Shown here in pieces: positions 10,050 to 19,884 of a stretch of DNA of 64,000 bases. Under the pieces are notes generated by a model, which did not search any database, was not told the origin of the DNA, and saw only the letters and a program-made list of their open reading frames with translations. How positions within the stretch are numbered: position 1 is the first letter of the stretch; each line of letters begins with the position of its first letter. A program made the translations under genes and the position numbers. The DNA is from an uncultured Acidobacteriota bacterium (lineage in GTDB: Bacteria; Acidobacteriota; Vicinamibacteria; Fen-336). Location: contig OY970399.1 of the NCBI GenBank assembly GCA_963720545.1, positions 3,040,001 to 3,104,000 of the forward strand. The letters run 5' to 3'.

Positions 10050-10081
10050 GGAGGCTACTGTGGCCTCCGTTGCAGCGTCAA
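10050..10081 (-). promoter_or_regulatory. Putative sigma70 promoter of the TonB receptor operon with overlapping palindrome
   Basis: TTGACG (10081-10076), 18 nt, TAGCCT (10057-10052); inverted repeat GGAGGC-N7-GCCTCC at 10050-10068 covers the -10. Confidence 0.5.
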
Positions 10082-10089
10082 GGTTCGGT

Positions 10090-13000
10090 TCAGGCCTGAG
10101 GCACGTGCAGGTCGGCCATGCGCGCGGGGTTCGTGATTTCCTGGCTGCGCATCCAGGCCGTCGCCGAGGCGACGAGGGCCTCGCCTTGGGGTCCGCCTTG
10201 CCACTGCCCCCGCCGGTAGCGCGCCGCGGCCGCGAAGCCCGCCATCCCGGCCGCTTCCAGGGCGGTCTCCGCGCGCCCCAGGGTGGCGGCAGCATCCTGG
10301 CGGCTCCCGCGGCGCGCCGCGATGGCCGCGCGCACCACCGAGGCAAGCGCCGAGGCGAAGGCGGCACCCTCGCCCTCGAGCGCCGCCGCCGCGCGTTCGG
10401 CCGCGCGCAGTCCGGAGACGCTGTCGGTGCCGCGCCGCTCCAGCGCGCCGCGCGCGGTGAGGTAGTTGATGAAGCTGCGGATCACCAGGCTGCGCAGCAG
10501 GAACGAGCCGCGCAGCTTGCCCTTCTCCTTCTCGAGACGCGGCGCCACCTCGGCGCCGCTGCCTTCGTAGAAGTCGATGTAGGAGCGCATCCACAGCGCG
10601 TTCACGTGCTGCAGCTGGTAACCCTCGACCGAGAAGCGCGACAGCGCTTCGTCCACGTCGCGGCGCGCCGCGAACGGGTCGTCGGCCATCAGCCGGGCGT
10701 GCGAGCTCATGAAGCTCTGCATGTTGGTCGCGGCATTGCGATCGCCGCGCTCGTCCGCCTCCTTCCAAAGCGCCGCCGAGCGGCTCTTCATCAATGCGAA
10801 CTCGCCGCGATGCACGAGCCCCCACAGGGAGAACGAGTTCGCGGTGTTCAGTTCCCAGGTGACGCCGGTGCAGTGCGAGCGGAACGAGTCGGCCGCCTGG
10901 TCGAGGAGCGCGCACGCCGGCACCCAGTTGCCGAGCACGAACTCGGTGACGCCGCGGCCCAGCAGGCACATCGCGCGCGCGTACAACCCGCCGGTGTCCT
11001 CGGCCAGCGTTGTCGCCGCCTGCAGCAGTTCCAGCGAGCGCGGGCGCGCGGCCGGGCCGGCATTGCCGGTCACCACCGCCTCCCAGGCGAGCGCGCGCAC
11101 CACGCGCGTCGGCTCGCCGGCGTCGAGCGCGTCGATGACGTTGCGCGACTGGAAGGCGGTGCCGGCCACCGTGTCGAACATGCTGAGCCCTGCGGAGGCC
11201 ACCCAGGTGACGTCGACGCGCCGCAGCAGCGCCGGCGGCACGTCGGCCGCGGCGCGCCTGCGATAGCCAATGCCGCGCAGCTTCAGGCGCGCGCGGTTCA
11301 TGAGCAGCTGCGCGATGGTGGCGGCGCGGGTCGTCGGCATCCGCCGGCCGACGTGGCGCAGCAGCTGGCGCAACACCGCCCGGCCCTCGTCGAGATGGCC
11401 GGTGATGCAGTACTGCCACGCCGCGCGCTGGCGCAGCTCGAAGGTGCGTTCGAAGTCGAGGTCGCCGCTCGCGCGCTCGTACTCGCGCGCCGCCTCGAGG
11501 CCGTGGCCGGCGTTCGCGAGCGCGTCGGCGAGGCGGCCGCGCAGCTCCGAAAGTTCGTCGCCCTGCGGCGCTCGCAGGCTGAGCGAGCGGCGGAACAGCC
11601 GCGCGGCACGCTCGAACGCGAGCGCCTCGGCGGCGCGCTGGCCGGCGGCTTCGTAGTGGAGCGCCGCTTCGGCGGTTTCGCCGGCGCCCTCGAAGTGCGT
11701 GCCGATGGCCTCGGCATCGGCGCGCTCCGAGACGAGCAGCGTGGTGGCGAGCCGCAGGTGGCAGGCGCGCCGCTCGCCGGCCTCGAGGCGGGTCGTTACC
11801 AGCTCGCGGATGCGGTCGTGGTACGCCTCCACCAGGTCGCGGTCGCCCGGCCCGGTGGTCTTTACCAGATGGCCGACGCGCAGCGCCGCCAGCGCACGGC
11901 GCGGATCGGCCGGCAGCCCGGACGCCTTCACCGCGTCGCCCTGGCTGAGCGGCGACGCCGACACCGCGATCGTCTCGAGCAGCCGCCGCGACTCGGTGCT
12001 GAGCCGTGCGACGCGCGAGGAGAGCACGTCGTCGAGGGTCAGTGCGTCCCCGGCCGCGGCGCCGCCTTCGCCGAGGTGCTGTGCGAGTTCGTGGACGAAG
12101 TAGGGGACGCCGCGCGACTCGCGCGCCACCCGTTCGGCGAGCTCGCGGTCGCGCAGGCCATGGTGGGCGAGCAGCAGCGCGGCGAGTTCGACGGCCTGCT
12201 CGTGGTCGAGCGAGTCCACCACGATGTCGCGGCTCTTCAGCCCTGGCGCCGCCTGCACCGCGACGAAGTCCTTGAGCAGCGGGCTGGTGGTCGCGTGCTC
12301 GCTGCGGTAGAGGGCGGCGAGCAGCAGGCGCGGCGCGTCCGGCGGCCGCAGGATCTCGGCGAGCAGCGCGGCGCTGTCGGCGTCGCCCCACTGCATGTCG
12401 TCGATCGCGATCACCAGCGGGTGGCGGTCGCCGATGCGGGCGAGCAACTCGCGGAGCGCCGTGAACGCGCGGCGCCGCAGCTCCTGGCGGTCGGGAACCT
12501 CGTCGCCGCGCAGCGGCGCCTCCTGCACCGCGTCGGCGCGCTTCAGCACCGGGAAGATCCGCGCCAGCGCGTGGATGTCGCGCGGCATCAGCTGCAGCGC
12601 ATCGCCGATGCGCATGCTCGCGAGGAACGAGCCGAGGCCGTCCATCACCGAGTCGAGCGCCTTGAACGGCACGGTCTCGCCCTCGTAGCAGCGGCCCTCG
12701 AGCACCACCGCGCCGAGCGGCTTCAGAGAATCGATGAAGCGGCGCACCAGGAAGCTCTTGCCGGCACCCGACTGGCCGCGCACGTGCACCGTGATCGCCG
12801 AGCCCCTGGCCATCGCCGCGTAGGCGGCCTGCAGCTGGGCGAGGTGCGCGCCGCGGCCGACGATCACCGCCGAGTGGGGTGGTGCGGCGGCCGCAGCCGG
12901 CGCAGCGGCGGCGGCTCCCACGGCCGCCAGCACCTGCTGCGACGTGGGCCGAGCTTCCGGCTGTACGCGCAGCAGGCTCGCGCACAAGTCGTCGAGGTCT

Positions 13001-13872
13001 TGCGGCACGGCGCTCGCGAACATGGATGGGCGCGGGCCATCCTTCTCGCGCTTGGCGCGGCGCACGCGCTCTGCCGGCCCCTCGAACGGCAGGCGGCCGG
13101 TGAGGCACTCGAACAGCAGCGTGCCGACCGCATACCAGTCGGCCGCCGCGGTCAGGCGTCTTCCGCCCTCGGCCTGTTCGGGCGCCATGTAGGCGGCGGT
13201 GCCGGCGATCATCCGGCTGCTCTCCTTCTGACGCGGCGCGAGGTCGGTGGCGAGCCCGAAGTCGAGCAGCACCACGTGACCCTCCGCCGTGATGAGCGTG
13301 TTCGACGGCTTGATGTCGCAGTGCAGCTTGCCGGCGTCGTGCAGTGCCGCCGCCGCCTCGACCAGCTGGCGCAGGCACGGCCGCAGCCGCGCGACCACTT
13401 CCTCCGCCAGTTCGCCGCGCGTCTGCGCAGCAAGCAACTCCGTGTCAGCAGGCGACAGCGAGAGCGATGCGGAAGAAACGGCCGCGGGGGAGAGCGGTTG
13501 CGGGCTCGAGTACGTGCGCTCCATGGTGATCGCCGAGATCCCGCCCTCCGGCGGTGTGGCACGCGCTGCGATCGCCTCCGGCCCGAGGCGCACGTACTGG
13601 GTGAAATCGTGGCCGGCGACGAGCTCCATGGTGAAGAACCATTCGTCGCCGTCGGAGAAGAGCTCGTAGAGCGCCGCCAGGTTCGGATGGGTGACGTCGG
13701 CGAGCGAGCGGAACTCGTTCTTGAAGCGCGCGAGCGCATCGGCCTCGACCAGGGGCAGGGTCTTGAGGGCAACGCGCTCGGAACGCTCCTTGTCGAGCGC
13801 CTCATAGACCACGCCCATGCCGCCTGCGCCGAGGCGCTTCACGATCTCGAAGCGGCCGTGTGCGACTGACAA
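10090..13872 (-). CDS. Hanks-type Ser/Thr protein kinase fused to a P-loop ATPase and helical-repeat domain (PknK-like)
   Basis: LGAGGMGVVY, VALK, HCDIKPSN, DFGLA, GTAAYMAPE; Walker A GQSGAGKS; Walker B IAIDDMQWGD; Ala-rich TPR-like C-terminal half; no TM segment seen. Confidence 0.9.
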   Translation of the reverse strand: MSVAHGRFEIVKRLGAGGMGVVYEALDKERSERVALKTLPLVEADALARFKNEFRSLADVTHPNLAALYELFSDGDEWFFTMELVAGHDFTQYVRLGPEAIAARATPPEGGISAITMERTYSSPQPLSPAAVSSASLSLSPADTELLAAQTRGELAEEVVARLRPCLRQLVEAAAALHDAGKLHCDIKPSNTLITAEGHVVLLDFGLATDLAPRQKESSRMIAGTAAYMAPEQAEGGRRLTAAADWYAVGTLLFECLTGRLPFEGPAERVRRAKREKDGPRPSMFASAVPQDLDDLCASLLRVQPEARPTSQQVLAAVGAAAAAPAAAAAPPHSAVIVGRGAHLAQLQAAYAAMARGSAITVHVRGQSGAGKSFLVRRFIDSLKPLGAVVLEGRCYEGETVPFKALDSVMDGLGSFLASMRIGDALQLMPRDIHALARIFPVLKRADAVQEAPLRGDEVPDRQELRRRAFTALRELLARIGDRHPLVIAIDDMQWGDADSAALLAEILRPPDAPRLLLAALYRSEHATTSPLLKDFVAVQAAPGLKSRDIVVDSLDHEQAVELAALLLAHHGLRDRELAERVARESRGVPYFVHELAQHLGEGGAAAGDALTLDDVLSSRVARLSTESRRLLETIAVSASPLSQGDAVKASGLPADPRRALAALRVGHLVKTTGPGDRDLVEAYHDRIRELVTTRLEAGERRACHLRLATTLLVSERADAEAIGTHFEGAGETAEAALHYEAAGQRAAEALAFERAARLFRRSLSLRAPQGDELSELRGRLADALANAGHGLEAAREYERASGDLDFERTFELRQRAAWQYCITGHLDEGRAVLRQLLRHVGRRMPTTRAATIAQLLMNRARLKLRGIGYRRRAAADVPPALLRRVDVTWVASAGLSMFDTVAGTAFQSRNVIDALDAGEPTRVVRALAWEAVVTGNAGPAARPRSLELLQAATTLAEDTGGLYARAMCLLGRGVTEFVLGNWVPACALLDQAADSFRSHCTGVTWELNTANSFSLWGLVHRGEFALMKSRSAALWKEADERGDRNAATNMQSFMSSHARLMADDPFAARRDVDEALSRFSVEGYQLQHVNALWMRSYIDFYEGSGAEVAPRLEKEKGKLRGSFLLRSLVIRSFINYLTARGALERRGTDSVSGLRAAERAAAALEGEGAAFASALASVVRAAIAARRGSRQDAAATLGRAETALEAAGMAGFAAAARYRRGQWQGGPQGEALVASATAWMRSQEITNPARMADLHVPQA

Positions 13873-13924
13873 GTGGAGGCGATTCTAGCCGCCGGGCACT
13901 CATGCTAGGGTCGCGGTCGCTGCG

Positions 13925-15322
13925 ATGAACACCCACCTTGTGCTGCTCGCGGCGTACGCGTTGCTGCAGATCGGGCTGGGCCTGTGGATTGGCCGCCGGG
14001 TGCGCAGCGCCGGCGACTTCTTCGTTGCCGGGCGCAGCCTGCCGCCGGTGCTGCTGTTCGCGACCCTGGTCGCCGCCAACATCGGCGCGGGCTCCACCGT
14101 GGGCGCCACCGGCCTCGGCTTTCGCGATGGGCTGGCGGCCTGGTGGTGGGTCGGCTCCGCCGCGCTTGGCTCCGCCGTTCTCGGCCTCTGGGTCGGCCCG
14201 CGCATCTGGCGGCTCGCAAAGCAGCACGACCTGCAGACAACAGGCGACTTCCTCGCCTGGCGGTACGGCGAGTCGGTGCGCGGCATCGTCGCGGTGCTGC
14301 TGTGGTTCGGCACAATCGCCATCCTCGCCGGCCAGCTGATCGCGATGGGGCTCATCATCCAGACGGTCGCCGGCGTGCCGAAGGCGACGGCGTGCATCAT
14401 CGGCGGCATCGTCGCGACCTTGTACTTCACGGCCGGCGGCCTGCTGTCGTCGGCCTGGGTCAACATGGTGCAGGTGTGCGTCAAGCTGGTCGGCTTCGGC
14501 ATCGCGCTCGCGGTGCTGTTCACCCGCATAGGCGGCCTGTCCGGCCTGCACGCGGCCACCCCCGCCGGCAGCTACTGGAACTTCTGGTCGGGCGGCGCCT
14601 CGGGCATCGTGTACATCGGCTTGCTGGCACCCGCATTCGTGGTATCGCCGGGACTCATCCAGAAGATCTACGGCGCGCGCGACGAGCGCACCGTGCGCAT
14701 CGGCGTGCTCGGCAACGCGGCCGTGCTGTTCGCCTTTGCAATCGTGCCGGTTTTCCTCGGCATGATCGCGCGCGCGCTGCATCCCGGACTGGCGGCGCCC
14801 GAACTGGCGCTGCCGACGCTGTTCACCCAGGACCTGAGCCCGCTGCTCGGCACCCTCGGCCTCGCCGCCGTGGTCTCAGCCGAGCTCAGCACCATCGACG
14901 CGGTGCTGCTGATGCTCGCGACCTCGCTTTCGAAGGACCTCTATGGCCGCTACATCAACCGGCAGGCGACGAGTGCCCAATTGCTTTTGGTGTCGCGCTT
15001 CGCAGCCGCCGGCGGCGGAGTTCTCGGCGTGGTGCTCGCGATCGTCGGCGAGTCGGTCATCGGCCAGCTGAGCCTGTTCTACGCGGTGCTCGCCGTCTGC
15101 CTGTTCGTGCCGGTGGTCGCTGGCCTCTACGCGCGCCGCTTCGCGACTCCCGAGGCTCTGGCGGCGATCGCCGCCGGCGTCGCGGCGCTGTTCGCCGCCC
15201 GCCTCGGCGGCGGCATCCCGGGGTGGCCGTTCTTCTCGCCATCGCTCCTTGGCATCTGTGCCAGTGCTGTCGCGGGCGTCGCGCTGCTGTTGCTGCGCAA
15301 GCCGACCGTCAGCGCGCGATAA
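13925..15322 (+). CDS. Sodium:solute symporter family protein
   Basis: DFFVAGRSL, ANIGAGSTVG, GGLLSSAWVNMVQ, SAELSTID; about 13 hydrophobic segments. Confidence 0.9.
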   Translation: MNTHLVLLAAYALLQIGLGLWIGRRVRSAGDFFVAGRSLPPVLLFATLVAANIGAGSTVGATGLGFRDGLAAWWWVGSAALGSAVLGLWVGPRIWRLAKQHDLQTTGDFLAWRYGESVRGIVAVLLWFGTIAILAGQLIAMGLIIQTVAGVPKATACIIGGIVATLYFTAGGLLSSAWVNMVQVCVKLVGFGIALAVLFTRIGGLSGLHAATPAGSYWNFWSGGASGIVYIGLLAPAFVVSPGLIQKIYGARDERTVRIGVLGNAAVLFAFAIVPVFLGMIARALHPGLAAPELALPTLFTQDLSPLLGTLGLAAVVSAELSTIDAVLLMLATSLSKDLYGRYINRQATSAQLLLVSRFAAAGGGVLGVVLAIVGESVIGQLSLFYAVLAVCLFVPVVAGLYARRFATPEALAAIAAGVAALFAARLGGGIPGWPFFSPSLLGICASAVAGVALLLLRKPTVSAR

Positions 15323-15325
15323 TCG

Positions 15326-16180
15326 ATGCCGATACGCATGCCGGCCGACTCCCTGCCGCCGATTCTCACCGCGCACCTCTTCGCGAAGCTGGAGGCGCTG
15401 CTCATCGAACTGCTGCGCTCGCTGCGGCCCGACGAGTGGGAGCTGCAGACGGTGGCGCCGGCGTGGAAGGTGAAGGACGTTGCCGCGCACCTCCTCGACA
15501 CACAGCTGCGCAAGCTGTCGCTTGCTCGCGACGGGTACGTGCCCGAGTCGGCGTCGCGGGTTGCGTCGGCTGCCGACCTTGCGACCGTCATCAACCGCCT
15601 CAACCACGAGGGTGTCGCCACCTATCGCCGCTTCAGCCCGCAGGTGCTGACGTCGCTCATGGAAGCGGCATCGGCGCAGAGCGCCGCGTATCACAGCGGG
15701 CTCGACCCCTTCGCCGCGGCTGCGTTCGCGGTGAGCTGGGCCGGCGAGTCGCACTCGGCCAACTGGTTCGACACCGCCCGCGAGCTGACGGAGCGCTGGC
15801 ACCACCAGCAGCAGATCCGGCTCGCGGTGCGCAAGCCGGGGATCATGACGCCCGAGTTCTACCATCCGGTGCTCGACTGCTTCATGCGCGGCCTGCCGTT
15901 CGCGTACCGCGATCAGCTGGCTCCGGACGGCACCCTCGCGCAGTTCGACATCGCCGGCGACTGCGGTGGCAGCTGGTACCTGCTGCGCGAAGCATCGACC
16001 TGGCGACTGGTGCACTCACCGCCCGCGCCCCCCGTCTCCCACACCGAGATCCCGCAGGACATCGCCTGGCTGATCTTCACCAAGGGAATGGACCGCGAGG
16101 CCGCGCGCCGCCAGGTGAAGGTCACCGGCAACCCCAACGTCGGCCTCCACATCCTGCAAATGATCGCGATAGTGGGTTAA
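15326..16180 (+). CDS. Maleylpyruvate isomerase N-terminal-domain / DinB-superfamily protein
   Basis: W...TVAPAWKVKDVAAHL and ELTERWHHQQQIR metal-ligand motifs. Confidence 0.8.
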   Translation: MPIRMPADSLPPILTAHLFAKLEALLIELLRSLRPDEWELQTVAPAWKVKDVAAHLLDTQLRKLSLARDGYVPESASRVASAADLATVINRLNHEGVATYRRFSPQVLTSLMEAASAQSAAYHSGLDPFAAAAFAVSWAGESHSANWFDTARELTERWHHQQQIRLAVRKPGIMTPEFYHPVLDCFMRGLPFAYRDQLAPDGTLAQFDIAGDCGGSWYLLREASTWRLVHSPPAPPVSHTEIPQDIAWLIFTKGMDREAARRQVKVTGNPNVGLHILQMIAIVG

Positions 16181-16184
16181 CGCC

Positions 16185-16224
16185 ATCTCGAGTCGCACTT
16201 GTCGTTGTTGTTGCGACTCGAGAT
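16185..16224. repeat. 13-bp perfect inverted repeat between convergent genes
   Basis: ATCTCGAGTCGCA (16185-16197) and TGCGACTCGAGAT (16212-16224). Confidence 0.7.
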
Positions 16225-16363
16225 TGTCGTTGCGGGTGGTCGCTCCCCAGGAAGAGTTCGTTCCAGTCCTCTGTCCCCGTTAGCGGGCACGCATCCGTTC
16301 GTTCACGCCCTTCAGAACGCAGCCGCTGCTCAGACCCTCGGGAACACTCAGGACGTCGCGACG

Positions 16364-17926
16364 CTACGAGGGTTCCAGCACCTGGGTGTACAACACCTCG
16401 CCGGCGACGTTGTGCAGCGTTGCCGTCAGCGTGCGCGCCTTGCCGTCGAGGCGCAGCCCGCCGAAGAACTGCAACCCCTCCGATGGCGGGCGATTCGGCT
16501 TCATCCCCACCGGCACCGACACGAACTTCGCCTCCGGGCCGAACGTTGCATCGAGCGGGTTCGGGCCGAAGGTGCCCGCGTTCATCGGGCCGGCGACGAA
16601 CTCCCAGAACGGCGCGAACTCCTTGAACGTCGCGCGATCCGGATGGTAATGATGCGCCGCCGCGTAGTGCACGTCGCCCGTCACCCACACGACGTTGCGG
16701 ATGTTCTCGTCACGAATGAAACGCAGCAGGCTCGCGATCTCGAACTCACGGCCGAGCAGCGCCGAGTCGGCGTTCGCCACCCCCTCGTAGCGGTCCTTGC
16801 CGTCCGGCACGACGACGCCCAGCGGCACGCCGCACTGCACCACCTTCCAGGCCGCGGTCGTGGCCTTGAGGCGCGCCTTGAACCACGCCATCTGCGCGGG
16901 CCCGAACAGCCGCGTGCTGCCATCGGCCGTCGGCTGGCGGTTGTGGGAGTCGGGCGAGCGGTACGAGCGCAGGTCGAGCGAGAACACCTCGAGGAGCGGA
17001 CCGAACGCGTGGCTGCGGTGGATGCGGCGCAGGTCGGCCCGCGTGGTGCGGATGGGGAAGTGCTCGAGCAGCGCCTGACGAGCACGCGCGGAGAGCAGCG
17101 ACACCCGCTTCTCGGTGTAGCGCGGGTCGTCCAGCAACTGCACCGGGTTCCAGTTGTCGCGAACCTCGTGGTCGTCCCAGATCGCCACCTGCGGCACTTC
17201 CGCATTGCAGCGCAGCACATTCGCGTCCGTCAGGTTGTAGAGATGGTTGCCGCGAAACTGCTCGAGCGTCTCGGCCGGCGCCGACTTCGCTTCGCTGACG
17301 ACGTTTTGCCACAGTGAACCGTCGTCGAGCGTCACCGAAGCCTGCAGCGGCTGGTCGGCATAGACGGTATCGCCGCAATGCAGGAACAGGTCTGGCGACG
17401 CCTTGCGCATCGTCTCGTAGATGCGCATGCCGCCCCACTCCGGGTTGATGCCGAAGCCCTGTCCAGCAGTGTCGGCCGACCAGGTGACGAACAGGTCCGA
17501 GGGCTCGTTCGACGGCACGCGCAACTGCCCCGAAGACGGTTCCCCCAGCGTCCCGTCTTCGGCTTCGAAGCGCACGCGGTAGAAGATGGTCTGTCCCGCG
17601 GGCAGGTCGGTGAGGTCGGCTTTCGCCGTGAACCCCGACTCGATGCCGGCGAGCGAGCCCGCGACCTTGCGTGGCTCGGTGAACTTCTCGGTCGTCGCCC
17701 ACTCCACCTGCATGCGCGACGTGCGGTCGGCGCGGCTCCAGACCATGAAGCGCCCGTTCGCCGGATCGCCGCTCGCAACCCCGTGCGTGATCTCGGGCCG
17801 GGCGCTGCGCTTCGGCGCCAGCGCCGGCGCCTTGCCGAAGGCGCGCGCGGCGGAGGGGACGAGCGCCGCGGCGGCGCTGGCGCTGCCCAGACCGGCGAGA
17901 AAACGCCGGCGGCTTCCGCGGATCAC
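16364..17926 (-). CDS. phoD: Alkaline phosphatase D family phosphoesterase, Tat-exported
   Basis: SRRRFL Tat motif; HGVASGDP, LHCGDTVYAD, WDDHEV, LDLRSYR, TGDVHY. Confidence 0.92.
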   Translation of the reverse strand: MIRGSRRRFLAGLGSASAAAALVPSAARAFGKAPALAPKRSARPEITHGVASGDPANGRFMVWSRADRTSRMQVEWATTEKFTEPRKVAGSLAGIESGFTAKADLTDLPAGQTIFYRVRFEAEDGTLGEPSSGQLRVPSNEPSDLFVTWSADTAGQGFGINPEWGGMRIYETMRKASPDLFLHCGDTVYADQPLQASVTLDDGSLWQNVVSEAKSAPAETLEQFRGNHLYNLTDANVLRCNAEVPQVAIWDDHEVRDNWNPVQLLDDPRYTEKRVSLLSARARQALLEHFPIRTTRADLRRIHRSHAFGPLLEVFSLDLRSYRSPDSHNRQPTADGSTRLFGPAQMAWFKARLKATTAAWKVVQCGVPLGVVVPDGKDRYEGVANADSALLGREFEIASLLRFIRDENIRNVVWVTGDVHYAAAHHYHPDRATFKEFAPFWEFVAGPMNAGTFGPNPLDATFGPEAKFVSVPVGMKPNRPPSEGLQFFGGLRLDGKARTLTATLHNVAGEVLYTQVLEPS

Positions 17927-19017
17927 GGCTTGGCGAGGTCGCGCGCGGCCGGCACGCCCGCCGTGGTCGTCGCCTGGCGCGCCGCGCGCAGCACGGCGTC
18001 GGCCATCGCCTCGGCCGCGAGCGCGCCGATGCGGCTCAGCTGCACATCGGTCACTTCGCCGGCACGGACGCCGGTGGCAAGCGCGAAGATGGCGTCGCCA
18101 TCGAACGGCGTGTGCACCGGCGAGATGGTGCGTGCATAGCCGTCATGCGCCATCTGCGCCACCTTCGTGGCCTGCGCCTTGGTGAGCGCCGCGTTCGTCG
18201 CGACGACACCGATGGTTGTGTTCTCGCCCTTGCGCGAGCGGTCGGCGAAGACCCCGGAGCGGAGCAGCTGGCGCACGTCGGCGAACGACTTGCCATCGGG
18301 CGTGCGCACGCCGGCCACCACCTTGCCGGTCGCCGGATCGACGATGTCGCCCACCGCGTTCACCGCCACGATCGCCGCCACCACCAGGCCGTCCGGCTGC
18401 GCCAGCGCCGCACTGCCGATTCCCGACTTCGTCATGCTCGCGGGGCCGCCCATCTTGCCGACCGTGGCGCCGGCGCCCGCGCCGATGCTGCCCTCGGCCA
18501 CCGCCGCGTCGCTCGCCGCGGCCGCCGCCTTGTACCCGCACTCCGCATCCGGCCGCGGTTTGGCCGCGCCGCCGAAGCCGAGGTCGAAGAGGATCGCGGC
18601 CGGTACGATCGGCACCCGCGCGATGCCGACATCGAACCCGACGTTCTTCTCCTCGAGATAGCGCATGACGCCGGTGGCCGAATCGAGACCGAAGGCGCTG
18701 CCGCCCGCGAGCACGATCGCGTGCACTTTCTGCACCGTATTGGCCGGGTTCAGCAGGTCGGTCTCGCGCGTGCCCGGCGCGCCGCCGCGCACGTCCACTC
18801 CGGCAACCGCACCCGCTTCGGTGAGGATCACCGTGCAACCGGTGGGGCGCTCCGTGAGCGTGAAGTGTCCGACCTTGATGCCGCCCACCGCGGTGAGGCC
18901 CTTGGCGGTGTCCGGTGCAGCCGCAGCCGCTGGTGGGGCGGCAGGGGTCTGCGCGCGCGCAGCGCACGCGAGAACGGCGATCACGACAGCGGCGAGAGGC
19001 AGCAGGCGCTTGGTCAT
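17923..19017 (-). CDS. P1 family peptidase (DmpA-like L-aminopeptidase/D-esterase)
   Basis: GIKVGH, TGCTV, DVRGGAPGTRETDLL, GGSAFGL, ENTTIGVVAT, AHDG, HTPFDGD; signal peptide. Confidence 0.9.
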   Translation of the reverse strand: MTKRLLPLAAVVIAVLACAARAQTPAAPPAAAAAPDTAKGLTAVGGIKVGHFTLTERPTGCTVILTEAGAVAGVDVRGGAPGTRETDLLNPANTVQKVHAIVLAGGSAFGLDSATGVMRYLEEKNVGFDVGIARVPIVPAAILFDLGFGGAAKPRPDAECGYKAAAAASDAAVAEGSIGAGAGATVGKMGGPASMTKSGIGSAALAQPDGLVVAAIVAVNAVGDIVDPATGKVVAGVRTPDGKSFADVRQLLRSGVFADRSRKGENTTIGVVATNAALTKAQATKVAQMAHDGYARTISPVHTPFDGDAIFALATGVRAGEVTDVQLSRIGALAAEAMADAVLRAARQATTTAGVPAARDLAKP

Positions 19018-19078
19018 GTGCGAATGCTAGCGCCTCATGCGCCGCGAAGGGCGCAGCGGGCGGGCTAAGATCAGGCCC

Positions 19079-19882
19079 ATGGCCAACAGCAGCGATATCT
19101 TCCGGTTCGACGGCAAGACGGTGGCGGTGGTGGGCGCGGCATCCGGCATCGGCGAGGCCGTCGCCACCTTGTTCGCCGAGCGCGGCGCGCACGTCTCGTG
19201 TCTCGACGTCGAGGCGGCGAAGGCGACGGCGCTTGCGGAAGCTCTCGCCAGGCGCGGGCTGCAAGCGGAAGCGGCGGCGATCGACATCCGCGATGGCGCC
19301 TCGGTGCAGCAGGCGTTCGATTCGCTGAGGGAGCGCCAGGGCAGCCTCGACGCGGTGATCTGCACGCCGAGCATCAATGTGCGCAAGACCATCCTCAACT
19401 ACACCGAGGAAGAGTTCGACCGCGTGGTCACCGTCAACCTGCGCGGCAACTTCAACGTGCTGCGCGCCGCGGGCCGCATCATGACGAAAGACGGCAAGGG
19501 CAGCATCGTCCTGTTTTCGTCGATCCGTTCGCTGGTGGTCGAGCCGGGACAAGCGGTGTATGCAGCCACCAAGGCCGGCATCGCGCAGTTGGTGCGCACA
19601 GCCGCCGCCGAATTCGGCCCCTCCGGCGTGCGCGTCAACGCCGTGGGTCCCGGCATCACCGAGACACCGCTCACCGCGCCAATCAAGGCCAACAAGGAGT
19701 GGTACGAGGCCTACGCCAACAAGGCCATCCTGAAGCGCTGGTCGCAGCCGATCGAGATGGCGTATCCGACCTTGTTTCTCGCATCGGATGCCGCCAGCTA
19801 CGTCACCGGCACCGTGCTGTTCGTCGACGGCGGCTGGACCGCGGCCGACGGTCGCTTCCAGCCGCCGGGAATGGGGATGTAG
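19079..19882 (+). CDS. Short-chain dehydrogenase/reductase
   Basis: GAASGIG, YAATK catalytic motif, VRVNAVGPG, YVTGTVLFVDGG. Confidence 0.92.
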   Translation: MANSSDIFRFDGKTVAVVGAASGIGEAVATLFAERGAHVSCLDVEAAKATALAEALARRGLQAEAAAIDIRDGASVQQAFDSLRERQGSLDAVICTPSINVRKTILNYTEEEFDRVVTVNLRGNFNVLRAAGRIMTKDGKGSIVLFSSIRSLVVEPGQAVYAATKAGIAQLVRTAAAEFGPSGVRVNAVGPGITETPLTAPIKANKEWYEAYANKAILKRWSQPIEMAYPTLFLASDAASYVTGTVLFVDGGWTAADGRFQPPGMGM

Positions 19883-19884
19883 CG

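Noticed and set aside
9739..13869. Very long opposite-strand ORFs (1376 aa here; also 36642-40490, 49909-53820, 7194-9905)
   Set aside because: Antisense shadow ORFs expected in high-GC DNA; the other strand carries clear family motifs.
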